Assembly (NCBI GenBank): GCA_965116875.1
Contig: OZ220733.1
Location: 2,368,001 to 2,432,000 of the forward strand
Source: Candidatus Latescibacterota bacterium
Lineage (GTDB): Bacteria > Latescibacterota > UBA2968 > GCA-2709665
Direction: 5' to 3'
DNA length: 64,000 nucleotides
The position numbers and the translations under genes were made by a program. Positions within the stretch are counted from its first letter, which is position 1. The number at the start of each line of letters is the position of its first letter. Below, in pieces: positions 28,638 to 38,601 of this stretch. A model generated the notes under the pieces. It worked only from the letters and a program-made list of their open reading frames with translations. It was not told where the DNA came from and did no database searches.

Positions 28638-30758
28638 ATGAATCCAATGCGACGAATCCTGATTGTCACTGGCGATGCGGCCGTCGAAGCGCACCTGAAG
28701 GAATACCTGCGGGAATTGAGATACGTGGTAACCGCGGCGGTTTCGCGAGGGCGCGAGGCCGTTGAAACAGCGTGGAGCGCACGACCGGACCTCGCACTTG
28801 TCGACCTCGGTTTCAATGGAGACGTACCCGGGCCGGAAGTCGGGGAACTGCTTGGGAAACGGTACGATATTCCTGTCGTGTACCTGACCGACAAGACGGA
28901 CGGAAACCTGTTCGTACGTTCGCAGGCAACGAACCCGTACGGCTACGTATTCCGTCCGTTTGATGATCGGCAACTCGACCTTACCATCACGAACGCCCTC
29001 TCTCTGCACCAGAGGGAACGCAAGCATCGGGAATCGCGAGGACGTCTGGAACAAGCCATCGGTGAAGCCAATTATCGCGCCGAACTCATGGAAACCGTTT
29101 TCAACAGCATGAGCGAGGGCGTGGTGGCTGTTGACGAAGAAGGGGCGATTCTGTTTCATAATTCAAGCGGTCCGCGCATCGGCGGCAGCCATCCGCTTGA
29201 GAAGGACATCGCCAGATGGCCCGAAGAATATGGAGTCTTTCAGCCCGATGGAAAGACCGTCCCCAGTGAGGACCTGAATCCGCTGATGCTTGCTATCAGA
29301 GGTCAGTCGACGGTAGAAACCGAGTTGCTGATCCGAAATCACCGGAAGCCCGATGGCGTCCGGGTGAACATCAGTGCGAGACCATTGCTGGATAAGGCAG
29401 GATCTCCAAAGGGTGGTGTGGCGGTCATAAGGGACGTGACAAAACTGAAACAGGCGGAAGCCAGGTTGGAACGAACGGTCGCCAGACTGCAGGAACAAGC
29501 CGAATTGATGGAGACCATTCTCAAGAGCATCAGCGACGGCATCATCGTTGCGGACACCGCCGGAGACTTCCTCTACGTGAATCCGGGGGCCAGGCAAATC
29601 GTCGGTGTGGACATAAACGACGGTTTTCCGGATGATTGTGCTGCAAGACACGGTGTGTACTTTCCTGACCGGGAAACGCCCATGAAGATGGAAGATCTGC
29701 CGCTGATGCGAGCCATACGGCACGGCGAATCCACGGATGAGAAGGACGTGTTCATACGGAACGAGAAAAAGCAGGACGGCGTCTACATCAGAATGAGCGG
29801 AAGGCCCCTTCTCGACAACGCCGGGGAAATCAGGGGCGGCGTCGTAATCTTCCGAGACGTTACCGAGCGAGTGCTCGCCGAGGAGTCCTTGTCGAGAGCG
29901 TTCGACCAGGGGCGGTTGGAGATGGTCGATACCATTCTACACAACATAGGCAACGCGATGAACAGTGTCACGACGGGAATCGAGACCGTCCGCCGCAAAT
30001 TGACGAAAGACCAGGCCGGTCGTCGCCTGTTCGCGCTTGCCACCGCGATCGATGTGCATCGGAACGACTGGATCGACTATATCGCAAACGACGCACAGGG
30101 TCGGAAAGTGATGCCGTTCATCATCAAGTTGGCGGACGACTTTGGCAGAAGGAATGACGAACTGATGAATACTGTCGTCCGCGTCAGGGATCGGGCCAAT
30201 CGCATTGCGGATATCATCCGCACCCAGAGGACCCTCGACCCGTCCAATATGGATCGCAAGGATATCGACCTTGACTGTGCGCTCTCGGGCGCGTTGCGAG
30301 TATTGAGAGATTCCCTTAATAAGAGAGGTATCCGAGCCGACGTCGAATGCGAACACACACCACGGCAGATTCGCGTCCGGGAGAGCCAGTTTCACCAGAT
30401 GCTTGTCAATCTGGTTAAGAATTCAATTGAAGCCATCGATGAACTCGCGACGCTTCACGGACTTCTTGAAAAGCCGCATATCCGGGTTGTGGCCAGTACC
30501 GTGAATGAGCATCTCGTCCTGGACGTCATCGATAACGGCATCGGCATACAGAACAAGGACAAACGTGTTCTCTTTACACCCGGCTATACGACGAAAAAGT
30601 CGGGCAGCGGGCTCGGCCTCCATTCTGCCGCCAATTTCGTCATTGCGTCCGGCGGCAAGATTGAACCCGTTAGTGAAGGCACAGGAAGGGGAACGACTAT
30701 GCGCGTAACGTGGCCGCTTACCGCGGTGGCCTCGCGGATAGACGCGGAGAGCGATTGA
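28638..30758 (+). CDS. Cytoplasmic sensor histidine kinase (atypical REC, two PAS, HisKA-like, HATPase)
   Basis: PDLALVD REC; SMSEGVVAVD..N and SISDGIIVAD..VN PAS starts; ILHNIGNAMN H-box; NLVKNSIEA, DNGIGI, YTTKKSGSGLGL; no TM segment. Confidence 0.85.
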   Translation: MNPMRRILIVTGDAAVEAHLKEYLRELRYVVTAAVSRGREAVETAWSARPDLALVDLGFNGDVPGPEVGELLGKRYDIPVVYLTDKTDGNLFVRSQATNPYGYVFRPFDDRQLDLTITNALSLHQRERKHRESRGRLEQAIGEANYRAELMETVFNSMSEGVVAVDEEGAILFHNSSGPRIGGSHPLEKDIARWPEEYGVFQPDGKTVPSEDLNPLMLAIRGQSTVETELLIRNHRKPDGVRVNISARPLLDKAGSPKGGVAVIRDVTKLKQAEARLERTVARLQEQAELMETILKSISDGIIVADTAGDFLYVNPGARQIVGVDINDGFPDDCAARHGVYFPDRETPMKMEDLPLMRAIRHGESTDEKDVFIRNEKKQDGVYIRMSGRPLLDNAGEIRGGVVIFRDVTERVLAEESLSRAFDQGRLEMVDTILHNIGNAMNSVTTGIETVRRKLTKDQAGRRLFALATAIDVHRNDWIDYIANDAQGRKVMPFIIKLADDFGRRNDELMNTVVRVRDRANRIADIIRTQRTLDPSNMDRKDIDLDCALSGALRVLRDSLNKRGIRADVECEHTPRQIRVRESQFHQMLVNLVKNSIEAIDELATLHGLLEKPHIRVVASTVNEHLVLDVIDNGIGIQNKDKRVLFTPGYTTKKSGSGLGLHSAANFVIASGGKIEPVSEGTGRGTTMRVTWPLTAVASRIDAESD

Positions 30759-31025
30759 TAGTGAGTCTCAAACGCGTGTTTTCGATTTTTGCCCACCGTG
30801 CGCACAAATCAGCCAGTCGCCGCCGTGATTCCCGTCAGGAACACCGTACTCACGATGCGCGTGGACGTGCGGCGACCACTTCTGGGCCCGATTCCCAAAG
30901 TCCGCTTTACCTGGATCGACGCAATCTCTTGTTTCCTGTTTCAACCGAGACTCGTTGTTATTGCCATACCTGTCAAGTAGGACTCGGAGAGGAAATCGGC
31001 CCCTGGCGTGGCAAAAGGCGACTAC

Positions 31026-31252
31026 AGTCGCATTTCGCAACACTTCCGCCATGCCTTTGGCGGAATAGTCTCACAAATTACATATTAACAGTCATTTAAG
31101 AATCTTCATTTGATTTCCACGCGACCGCGCCAGGAATCTGCAGTGGCGCAATATGCAACACAGATCGATTCCTGCTTCAGGTTCCTGTAAATTTTAAACC
31201 GTTAATTTACAATTATTAATTCGTATTCAAGCACAGTTGGCATAATTTATGC
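31026..31252 (+). promoter_or_regulatory. sigma54 promoter with two putative UAS upstream of the activator gene
   Basis: TGGCATAATTTATGC 31238-31252 (GG-N10-GC); AGTCGCATTTCGCAACA 31026-31042 and TGGCGCAATATGCAACA 31144-31160. Confidence 0.65.
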
Positions 31253-31279
31253 GGTAAACCGTGAAGGGCAGGAAGAAAC

Positions 31280-33223
31280 ATGAATGTACCGTTCACAGAG
31301 ATCCTTTCAGCCGGACCGATTCACAGGTGGTCGATGGAAACCCAAAATCACGGAAACAACCGGGTTCTGATCGTCGATGATCAGCCCGAAATCCACGAAG
31401 ATTTTAAGGAAATGCTTTGTTCCGGCACCGTGAACACGCCGGATGACGATCTCACAGCGGCGTTCGTGCGTGAACAGGAAGGAGACTATCTCCCGGAGTT
31501 CGAATTGCTGCATGCGAACAATGGGGAAGAAGCCTGCAATATCATTCAGAGGGGAAGAGAATCGAACCGTCCGGTTGCTGTGGCCTATATCGATATTCGA
31601 ATGCCCCCCGGCATCGATGGTATTGAAACGGTCCGCAGAGTAAGGGAATTCGACCGGGACGTCGAAATCGTGATTATGACCGCTTACACCGACAGATCGC
31701 TGCCCGAAATCGTCTGCGACATGGAGTTGCTACACAAGTTGCTCTATATACGAAAGCCTTTCACGCATGAGGAAATACAGCAGATCACCCTCTCACTGGT
31801 CGGAAAGTGGAACGTCGAACGGGAACTGGGGGAACAAAGGCGGAAACTTGCCGTAACCCATGGAAGATTGGAAGCATTGCTCAATGCAACCGGCGACGCC
31901 ATCGGTATGCACGACGTTGCCGGCAGATTGGTATTCGCCAACGAAATGTATCTGAATCTTCTGGGTCTGGAGGGAATCGAACTGGAAAAAATCACGCCGG
32001 CTGATCTGTCGGGACGTTTCAGGGTGCGTTTCCGGGAACCTGACCTGAGCCATCTGAAGGGCAGGTTTTCCGATCATCGTGGAGAACTGGTGGAAACTAC
32101 GGGAGCGGAGGGCTTGCCGGCACAACGGCTGTTCTACCGCTCGGCCGCACCGGTAAGTGACCCGCAAGGCAACGTAATCGGCAATGTGGTGCTCTTTCGC
32201 GATGTGTCCAGGGAAATTGACGCCGAGCAGATGAAGGCGGAAGTCCGGCGGCTGCGCACCGAACTGGAAACGACCTATTCCTTTGCGGGAATGGTCGGCG
32301 AGAGCCGGGGTATGCAGCGTGTGTACGCGCTGATGAAGCAGGCTGCCGAGAGCGACATTACGGTGCTGATCCAGGGCGAAAGCGGCACCGGTAAAGAGCT
32401 TGTCGCCAGGTCGTTTCATTTCAACAGTCCGAGGAAGGAAGGTCCGTTCGTGGCTCTCGACTGCGCCACCATGCCCGTGTCGCTCATCGAAAGCGAACTG
32501 TTCGGGCACGAAAAGGGAGCCTTTACAGGGGCAACTACCCGGAGAGTCGGCGCATTCGAGCGTGCAGACCGGGGTACGATCCTGATCGACGAAATCGGCG
32601 ACCTTCCTTACGCGCTGCAGGGAAAACTTCTGCGCGTGCTGCAGGAACGGGAAATCCAGCGGATCGGAGGAAAAGCCCCGATATCCGTCGACATCCGGGT
32701 GATTGCGGCCACCAACAAGGACCTGGAGCGCGCGGTCAGCACGGGCGAGTTCCGCGAAGATCTGTTCTATCGAGTCGCAGCATTCCCGATCGCAATTCCC
32801 CCGCTACGAGAGCGGCGTGAGGATATTTCCCTGCTTGCTGAACATTTTATCGTGAAATTCGCCCAGCGAATGAACAAATCCATTGCCGGCATTTCGGCGG
32901 CTGCCATGCGCCTGCTGCTGCAGTACGACTGGCCTGGCAACGTACGTGAACTGGAAAACGCCATCGAGCGTGCGGTGCTTCTGGAAACGGAAGATGTCAT
33001 TCAGGCCGGCAATCTTCCGCCTCAACTTTCCCCGGCAATTGCAACCGGACAGGGGACCGGCACATCGACGCCGGTCCTCTCGCTCAAAGAGGTTGAACGG
33101 CAAGCCCTGTACGTGGCCCTTGAAGCCGCTGACGACAACGTCACCCGTGCCGCGCACGCGCTGGGCATACATCGGGCGACTCTGCACAGAAAACTGAAGA
33201 AACACAACATGGACAGGGACTGA
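31280..33223 (+). CDS. sigma54-dependent response regulator (REC-PAS-AAA+-Fis HTH)
   Basis: VLIVDD, DIRMPPG, KPF; GESGTGKELVA, ESELFGHEKGAFTGA, DEIGD, WPGNVRELEN; AAHALGIHRATLHRKLK. Confidence 0.92.
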   Translation: MNVPFTEILSAGPIHRWSMETQNHGNNRVLIVDDQPEIHEDFKEMLCSGTVNTPDDDLTAAFVREQEGDYLPEFELLHANNGEEACNIIQRGRESNRPVAVAYIDIRMPPGIDGIETVRRVREFDRDVEIVIMTAYTDRSLPEIVCDMELLHKLLYIRKPFTHEEIQQITLSLVGKWNVERELGEQRRKLAVTHGRLEALLNATGDAIGMHDVAGRLVFANEMYLNLLGLEGIELEKITPADLSGRFRVRFREPDLSHLKGRFSDHRGELVETTGAEGLPAQRLFYRSAAPVSDPQGNVIGNVVLFRDVSREIDAEQMKAEVRRLRTELETTYSFAGMVGESRGMQRVYALMKQAAESDITVLIQGESGTGKELVARSFHFNSPRKEGPFVALDCATMPVSLIESELFGHEKGAFTGATTRRVGAFERADRGTILIDEIGDLPYALQGKLLRVLQEREIQRIGGKAPISVDIRVIAATNKDLERAVSTGEFREDLFYRVAAFPIAIPPLRERREDISLLAEHFIVKFAQRMNKSIAGISAAAMRLLLQYDWPGNVRELENAIERAVLLETEDVIQAGNLPPQLSPAIATGQGTGTSTPVLSLKEVERQALYVALEAADDNVTRAAHALGIHRATLHRKLKKHNMDRD

Positions 33224-33427
33224 AACGCGTACGGCATTCGGGCTGAGAATCCGCGAGACCGGCCATCGAGGATGGCCGACCCGACACAGCACGCGGTCCT
33301 CTCCCCTCTCAGCCCGGCGCTCAGTACTGCCCGTTCCGCCCCTGCGCCTGATGCACTACTATTTCGCGCAGCGGCCTCACCATACGGCCGCGAGTACGAA
33401 GAAGATGGTGTTTTTTTGCTAAAAACA

Positions 33428-33464
33428 ATCGCGGCAGTGTCGCAAATTGCGACACTGCCGCGAT
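33428..33464. repeat. Perfect 18-bp inverted repeat with 1-nt spacer between convergent genes
   Basis: ATCGCGGCAGTGTCGCAA-A-TTGCGACACTGCCGCGAT. Confidence 0.85.
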
Positions 33465-33481
33465 CTGTCAATGTGCCGACC

Positions 33482-34219
33482 CTACGACTTCCTCGCCACA
33501 AAGAACATCCTGCCGGGTTCCTGCGCACCCTCCAGAAGCGGGTCCTCGCAGTCGAACGTCCGGATCCCCTCGAATCCGGCGCTCCGGAGGCGTTCCGTGA
33601 TGCCCATCTCAGGATACCATCGCTGAAGAAGTGAAACGTCTGTCCGCTTCCAAGCCATCTCCTCCGACTCGAACACGGTCAGGTCCATCCTGCCGATCGT
33701 CTTCTCTTCATCTCTCGACGATCGCGCCACGCATACAAGATCGTCCTCGACAATGCCGAAACTGCCTCGCCATCGCTGCACGTAGGCCTCTTCCATGTTC
33801 AGGTCGAATTCGAAGCAGCCGCCGTCGTCCAGGACGGAGTGGACGTTTTGAAAGACCAGCTCGAGCTCATCCAGGCTCATCACGTGGTTCAGGCTGTCGA
33901 AGGTCGAAAACACCGCAGCGAACCGCCGGTTCAGGGAAAGTTCACGGGCATCCTGGACAAGGAACTGCACGTCAGGTGCGTTTTTCCTCGCGATCTCGAT
34001 CATCCCTTCGGACCCGTCCACGCCCGCAACCGCGTATCCCTTGTCGGACAGAACGGCCGCAAGCTGTCCGGTGCCGCAGCAGAGATCCAGAACGGCGCTG
34101 CCGGACGGCAAGTCGTGCAGGACGAGACGATCCAGCACCGGATAGATCCCGTCTGCAAAATATCCCCAATGCCTGTTGTAGACGTTGGCAATGGGGTCAT
34201 ACGCTTCGTAGCGTACCAT
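33482..34219 (-). CDS. Class I SAM-dependent methyltransferase
   Basis: VLDLCCGTG, GVDGSEGMI, DSLNHV. Confidence 0.85.
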   Translation of the reverse strand: MVRYEAYDPIANVYNRHWGYFADGIYPVLDRLVLHDLPSGSAVLDLCCGTGQLAAVLSDKGYAVAGVDGSEGMIEIARKNAPDVQFLVQDARELSLNRRFAAVFSTFDSLNHVMSLDELELVFQNVHSVLDDGGCFEFDLNMEEAYVQRWRGSFGIVEDDLVCVARSSRDEEKTIGRMDLTVFESEEMAWKRTDVSLLQRWYPEMGITERLRSAGFEGIRTFDCEDPLLEGAQEPGRMFFVARKS

Positions 34220-34339
34220 AGGGGGATTCCCTCCCATCGACGCAGGTTATGCCTATATGAAGACGGCCGGAGAAACACCGAATCGTTCTGACAGCGTGCG
34301 AATCTGCCGGAAGTCATTCTGGGAGATGTCGAATCGGTT

Positions 34340-34546
34340 TCACGCCTCAATTGGCGTCAGGCGGAAAACACTCGCAAACTGTGACGCGCGCTCCAGGTCA
34401 CCACGCTCCAGAGCCTCGCGAACATCATCCAGTTTATCCGTGTCGCTCACCGAGAGGTATGGAGCCCATCCCGCTTCACCATCGATCAACTCCACCTCGA
34501 CCTCGGCAGCATATTCTCTGACGCGTACCAGTTTTTTGGTTGTCAT
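34340..34546 (-). CDS. Small hypothetical protein (possible orphan antitoxin-like)
   Basis: 68-aa ORF YAAEVEVELI..WAPYLS..KLDDVREALERGDL; resemblance from memory only. Confidence 0.5.
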   Translation of the reverse strand: MTTKKLVRVREYAAEVEVELIDGEAGWAPYLSVSDTDKLDDVREALERGDLERASQFASVFRLTPIEA

Positions 34547-34669
34547 GGTGGTGATGTTCTCGTCTCAACGAAACGCTCATCAGCGCATTCGGTAGACTCG
34601 CTGCTCCCACGTACCAAGTGTTGTGGGTCGGACTGCAGACTGTCCATTGCACTTTCATTTCGGCACCTT

Positions 34670-35467
34670 TCAGTGCGACTCAATATATCTTTTTCGCTCT
34701 TGAAATCCACCCCATTTGCGATGCGCTTTTCGAAGTTCCACGTCGATCGTATGAACGGTACTTTCTCCAACTTTCTTCGACGCTGTGATCGATTCCTCGC
34801 CGCTGGAGTCATACGCGAGACAGGCGAAGACCTCGGTGCCTTCATCTGAAGCTCCTGGCGCGGAATGAAAGGCTGCAACCAGCGGAGCGTGTAACCAGAA
34901 CGAGGCGGATTGACCTGCTTTGTGAAGGACGGACCAATTATGAGGTGTCCAGAAATATTGATCCGTCGGGGCCAATATCAGGTCGGGCTCATGCTGTCCC
35001 GCCGCCAGCACCGTTTCCGGCAGCATCCAGTCCGCACAGGCCAGGATTACCACCTTTTGGCCGCGAAATGGAATCGAACGAATCTCCTTCCCGGACGAGA
35101 ATATGGGAGGACGTATCGGGTTTCCAGCAAAGACTTTCCGCTGGATACCGCAGAGTACGCCTTCGGACGAAAGGCAGTGGGTCAGATAAAACTTGCCGGC
35201 TTCGGATTCAACAAAGCCTACGCAAACGGCGGTGGAACAGTCCTTCGTAAGCTGATTTACCATCCGCAATGCTTGCGATGTATCGGCGACGCCACGGAGC
35301 TGGGCGTTTCCGCCATCCAACCCGGTCAAAACCGCTTCGCCGAAAACGAACAGGTCTATATCGTCATTCGTATTTTCATTGAGCACGCGCCCGACCGCTT
35401 CAAAATTTCGCGAAAGCGCATTTGCTGCGACCGGGACGGACGCCAGGCCGATCTTTAATGCGGGCAT
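34670..35467 (-). CDS. Carbon-nitrogen hydrolase (nitrilase superfamily)
   Basis: E-K-C triad: FVFGEAVLTG, QRK, ILACADW. Confidence 0.75.
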   Translation of the reverse strand: MPALKIGLASVPVAANALSRNFEAVGRVLNENTNDDIDLFVFGEAVLTGLDGGNAQLRGVADTSQALRMVNQLTKDCSTAVCVGFVESEAGKFYLTHCLSSEGVLCGIQRKVFAGNPIRPPIFSSGKEIRSIPFRGQKVVILACADWMLPETVLAAGQHEPDLILAPTDQYFWTPHNWSVLHKAGQSASFWLHAPLVAAFHSAPGASDEGTEVFACLAYDSSGEESITASKKVGESTVHTIDVELRKAHRKWGGFQERKRYIESH

Positions 35468-35504
35468 GTTCTCGATCTTTCCTTTGCCGCGGCGCCCATC
35501 TCAC

Positions 35505-36233
35505 TCACGGATCCCGCCGCATCAGGGAATAGCTCTGCGCGGTGGGGCCGATGTCGGGCTGCGTCGCCAGAAAGAGCGCCATCGGCACGACGTCTTCGGG
35601 AGACTTGAACCACTCGCCTTCGATGTGGAGTACCGCGTCCATATCCGTTCGTACCGGTCCCGGGATGAGTTCGTTTACGCTGATGTTGTGCTGCCGGAGT
35701 TCCTGAGCGAGAACGCGCGTCAACATCCAGAGCCCGGCTTTCGAGCAGCAGTAGGCCGAACTCTCCGCGAATCCCTTGTGGCCCATGCCGGAACCGATGG
35801 TGATGATCTTTCCCGCGCCCCGCCGCTTCAGGGCCGGAATCGCCGCCCTGGCGCAAAAGTACGCGCCAAGCAGATTCGTGCGTATCGTCTCCTCCCAGGC
35901 AGCCGGATCGCCCTCCTCAACGGAACCGTGATCCAGGTTCACACCCGCATTGAGGATGACGATGTCTATGCCACACAGTTCCGCTTCCGCAAATTCGAAA
36001 AGCGCATGTACAGTATCCTGTTGCCTTACGTCCGCCCGGAACGCGACCCCGATTCCGCCCTCTCCACGAATTTCCCGCACGGTTTCCTGAATCTCGGTTT
36101 CGGTCCTCGCCGCACAGCAGACCGATGCGCCCTCCCGTGCGTAACCCAGTGCGATCGCGCGCCCGATGCCGCGTCCGGCGCCGGTTATGACAGCGACCTT
36201 CCCCTCAAGCTTCCTTCCAACGTGTTCAGGCAT
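35505..36233 (-). CDS. SDR family oxidoreductase
   Basis: TGAGRGIG, NAG, YCCSK (YxxxK), PGPVRT. Confidence 0.9.
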   Translation of the reverse strand: MPEHVGRKLEGKVAVITGAGRGIGRAIALGYAREGASVCCAARTETEIQETVREIRGEGGIGVAFRADVRQQDTVHALFEFAEAELCGIDIVILNAGVNLDHGSVEEGDPAAWEETIRTNLLGAYFCARAAIPALKRRGAGKIITIGSGMGHKGFAESSAYCCSKAGLWMLTRVLAQELRQHNISVNELIPGPVRTDMDAVLHIEGEWFKSPEDVVPMALFLATQPDIGPTAQSYSLMRRDP

Positions 36234-36390
36234 TGAGCGTTCTCCCGTCACGAACCACATTCAGGCGTGCTTTTGGTTGATTGCCTTACGTGCACTCGAC
36301 TTATCGAATCCAGCCTTCTGCCGTGTGGTCATTTAGCATGCCTGCATTGAGTTCGTCGAGTTGCTCATTCGCTGCTACCCATCACGATAC

Positions 36391-36455
36391 TCTTCGCCGA
36401 CCCTTCGACCCTTCGACAGGCTCAGGGACCGCAAGCTCAGGGAGCGGCTCAGGAT
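36391..36455. repeat. Nested CCTGAGC..GTCGAAGG REP-like elements
   Basis: Reverse complement: atcctgagccgc[tccctgagcttgcgg[tccctgagcctgtcgaagg]gtcgaaggg]tcggcgaaga. Confidence 0.6.
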
Positions 36456-36471
36456 GCGGTGCAGCTGGCTC

Positions 36472-36747
36472 TTATCCCACGGAAAAGTGCAACTTTCTCC
36501 CGATCGCTTCCGCATACTTGCGCAGTGTTGACAGTCTGATATCCTGTGCATGGTTTTCCATTCTTGAAATCGCGGATCTCCGGGTGTTCAGCTTTTTTGC
36601 CACCTCCTCCTGGGTAAAGCCGGCCTCCTTTCGGGCTTCCCGGAGCAAAACACCGATCTTGAATTCCAGATAGCCGCTTTCGTAGTTCTCGGCGAATTCT
36701 GGGTCTCTTGCTTTGCGTTTCTCAACGTATTTCTTTAGATCGCTCAT
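36472..36747 (-). CDS. XRE/HigA-type antitoxin
   Basis: LREARKEAGFTQEEVAKKLNTRRSAISRMEN HTH; downstream of and overlapping the toxin. Confidence 0.85.
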   Translation of the reverse strand: MSDLKKYVEKRKARDPEFAENYESGYLEFKIGVLLREARKEAGFTQEEVAKKLNTRRSAISRMENHAQDIRLSTLRKYAEAIGRKLHFSVG

Positions 36748-37093
36748 GGCGTTTCCTCCTGAAATAATCCGTCTTTCTTTGTTCTGCCAGGCGGATGTCA
36801 GATCTTCTCGTCTCCTGTGTCTTCTTAGAAAATGCGTGACCAAGAACCACCAAACTTGGTCCGTCGAAAAAGGAAAGAAACCTTAACGAACCGTTTCCAA
36901 TGTTCACCCTGACCTCCCAGATGTCGTCCGTATCGACCAGTTTACGGAAGTATTGTTGCGGGACGATCTCCAGTTCTTCGATGATGCCCAACGTCCAGGT
37001 GGCTTTTGCACTCTGCTTTGAAGTAAGAGAATCCAGAAACTGTTCGACAGGGCATCGACCTGATTGTGTCCGGTAGAATATGATCTCTCTCAT
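36722..37093 (-). CDS. RelE/ParE-family (Gp49/HigB-like) toxin
   Basis: FYRTQSGRCPVEQFLDSL, IWEVRV, HAFSKKTQET. Confidence 0.85.
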   Translation of the reverse strand: MREIIFYRTQSGRCPVEQFLDSLTSKQSAKATWTLGIIEELEIVPQQYFRKLVDTDDIWEVRVNIGNGSLRFLSFFDGPSLVVLGHAFSKKTQETRRSDIRLAEQRKTDYFRRKRHERSKEIR

Positions 37094-37099
37094 GTCCAA

Positions 37100-37127
37100 A
37101 AGTTAACAAATATGTTACGAAGTTCAA
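37100..37127 (-). promoter_or_regulatory. TA promoter with operator palindrome
   Basis: On minus strand TTGAAC-N16-TAACTT with extended TG, 6 nt before ATG; TAACA-AATA-TGTTA 37104-37117. Confidence 0.5.
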
Positions 37128-37209
37128 GAAAAATATAAATTATTTTTCGTGATCAATGTCAATCGTTCTAAGGTAATTAGGACAATTGGCCCAGTGCCTG
37201 ATTCGTCCA

Positions 37210-37764
37210 TCATTTCGTCCGATTCCTTCTCGCCTCCCATTCACATCGCAACAGACCGCACCACACCGTATTCCTGAACTTCCCCCTCACGTATTGGTCC
37301 TGTCGCAACACGCCCTCGCGGACCATGCCAAGCTTCTCCAGGACCCTGGCGGAACCGGCGTTCTGCTCGTCGGTCGTCGCCTGGATGCGATTCAGGTCGG
37401 GACAGACAGCAAACGCCTCGTCGATCACGGCGCCGGCCGCTTCCGTGACCAATCCTTTCCCCCAGAGACGCCTGGCAATGCTATAGCCGATTGTGCCGAC
37501 GCGATTATTGAGGTCCAGCCCGATATTGACGCCACCGACGGCGGACCCCGCGCATTCAATCGCCCAGGACGCACGTTTTGCGCGGTCCTGCGACAACTGG
37601 CTCTTCAGATACCCCTCGGCGTCGGCTCTCGTATAGGGATGCGGAACCGGGCCAAGATAACGCGCCCATTCGGGATCGGATGCGTAGGAAAGGACGTCCT
37701 CGACGTCGTCGAGGCTGTATGGTCTGAGGATCATCCGTTCTGTTTTGATAACTTCCGGGAGCAT
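37210..37764 (-). CDS. GNAT acetyltransferase, RimJ/RimL family
   Basis: TERMILRP, IGYSIARRLWGKGLVTEA, NAGSARVLEKLGMVREG. Confidence 0.9.
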   Translation of the reverse strand: MLPEVIKTERMILRPYSLDDVEDVLSYASDPEWARYLGPVPHPYTRADAEGYLKSQLSQDRAKRASWAIECAGSAVGGVNIGLDLNNRVGTIGYSIARRLWGKGLVTEAAGAVIDEAFAVCPDLNRIQATTDEQNAGSARVLEKLGMVREGVLRQDQYVRGKFRNTVWCGLLRCEWEARRNRTK

Positions 37765-38026
37765 TCCCCAATCCTTCCTTGATGACCTGAAGTGACGACG
37801 GGTGGCGGGCGTTCACCGTTCGCTCGACCTCTGGCCTCACCAACGGCTAATGCCCTGGGCAACTACACTTTACCTTAAAGTCCACTGTTGAACTGAAAGT
37901 TAGTTCATATCAGACGAAGTATTACGATTCAACTTTCCTAACTTGCCCTTGCCGCGAATACGCAACTTCGATATATTATCCTGACGCCCAGGGTCAAACG
38001 GCCCTATCGAATAGGAGGATACAGAA

Positions 38027-38590
38027 ATGGCAGAAGCGATACCATTTCCTGAAACAAAGGCTCTGGAAGACAAATTGCCCATAAATATCACGGCAGTTGA
38101 GAAAATTTGCGACTCTTATAGAGCGCAAAAAGAGAAGACTCGATTTGTCAGAGCCGGCGTCAAACGCCTTTGCGAAGATATGCAAGAAATAAACGATGAC
38201 ATGGTCGAAATCCTGAGTTCCAAATACACTTTTTTTGTAGGATCATTAGAAATCGTCGACGTAGATTCACTTGACGAAGAGTCGTTCAACAGAATTGCGC
38301 GTTATCTGGAATTGACTGAAAAAAGAGAAACAGACTATGTTGATTGGAAGGGCAGGATAAGATCTGCAATTTTGAAAATGAGGGAATGTAGAGTGAGATT
38401 TCCTGGAGCGGCGATAGAAATATTCAAATTTACAAGAATCGCAAATAAGACAGTGAAGAACATGGATCGCATCTTAAGTGTTTTAAGGGAGAGCCATTGG
38501 CGAATGAGCATTATCCATAACGCACGACGGACTCATTCCCCGAAGATTCATAGTTCAGCAGATGAAGCCTTAAAGGCATTGCGGGGATAA
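38027..38590 (+). CDS. Hypothetical protein, candidate antitoxin
   Basis: AGGAGG RBS; 187 aa; C-terminal HSSADEALKAL; 11 nt upstream of a RelE-like gene; AT-rich. Confidence 0.55.
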   Translation: MAEAIPFPETKALEDKLPINITAVEKICDSYRAQKEKTRFVRAGVKRLCEDMQEINDDMVEILSSKYTFFVGSLEIVDVDSLDEESFNRIARYLELTEKRETDYVDWKGRIRSAILKMRECRVRFPGAAIEIFKFTRIANKTVKNMDRILSVLRESHWRMSIIHNARRTHSPKIHSSADEALKALRG

Positions 38591-38601
38591 AATCACCTGG
38601 A

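Noticed and set aside
34543-34660. Remnant toxin gene upstream of the 68-aa ORF
   Set aside because: Only a stop/start overlap and vague similarity; not supportable
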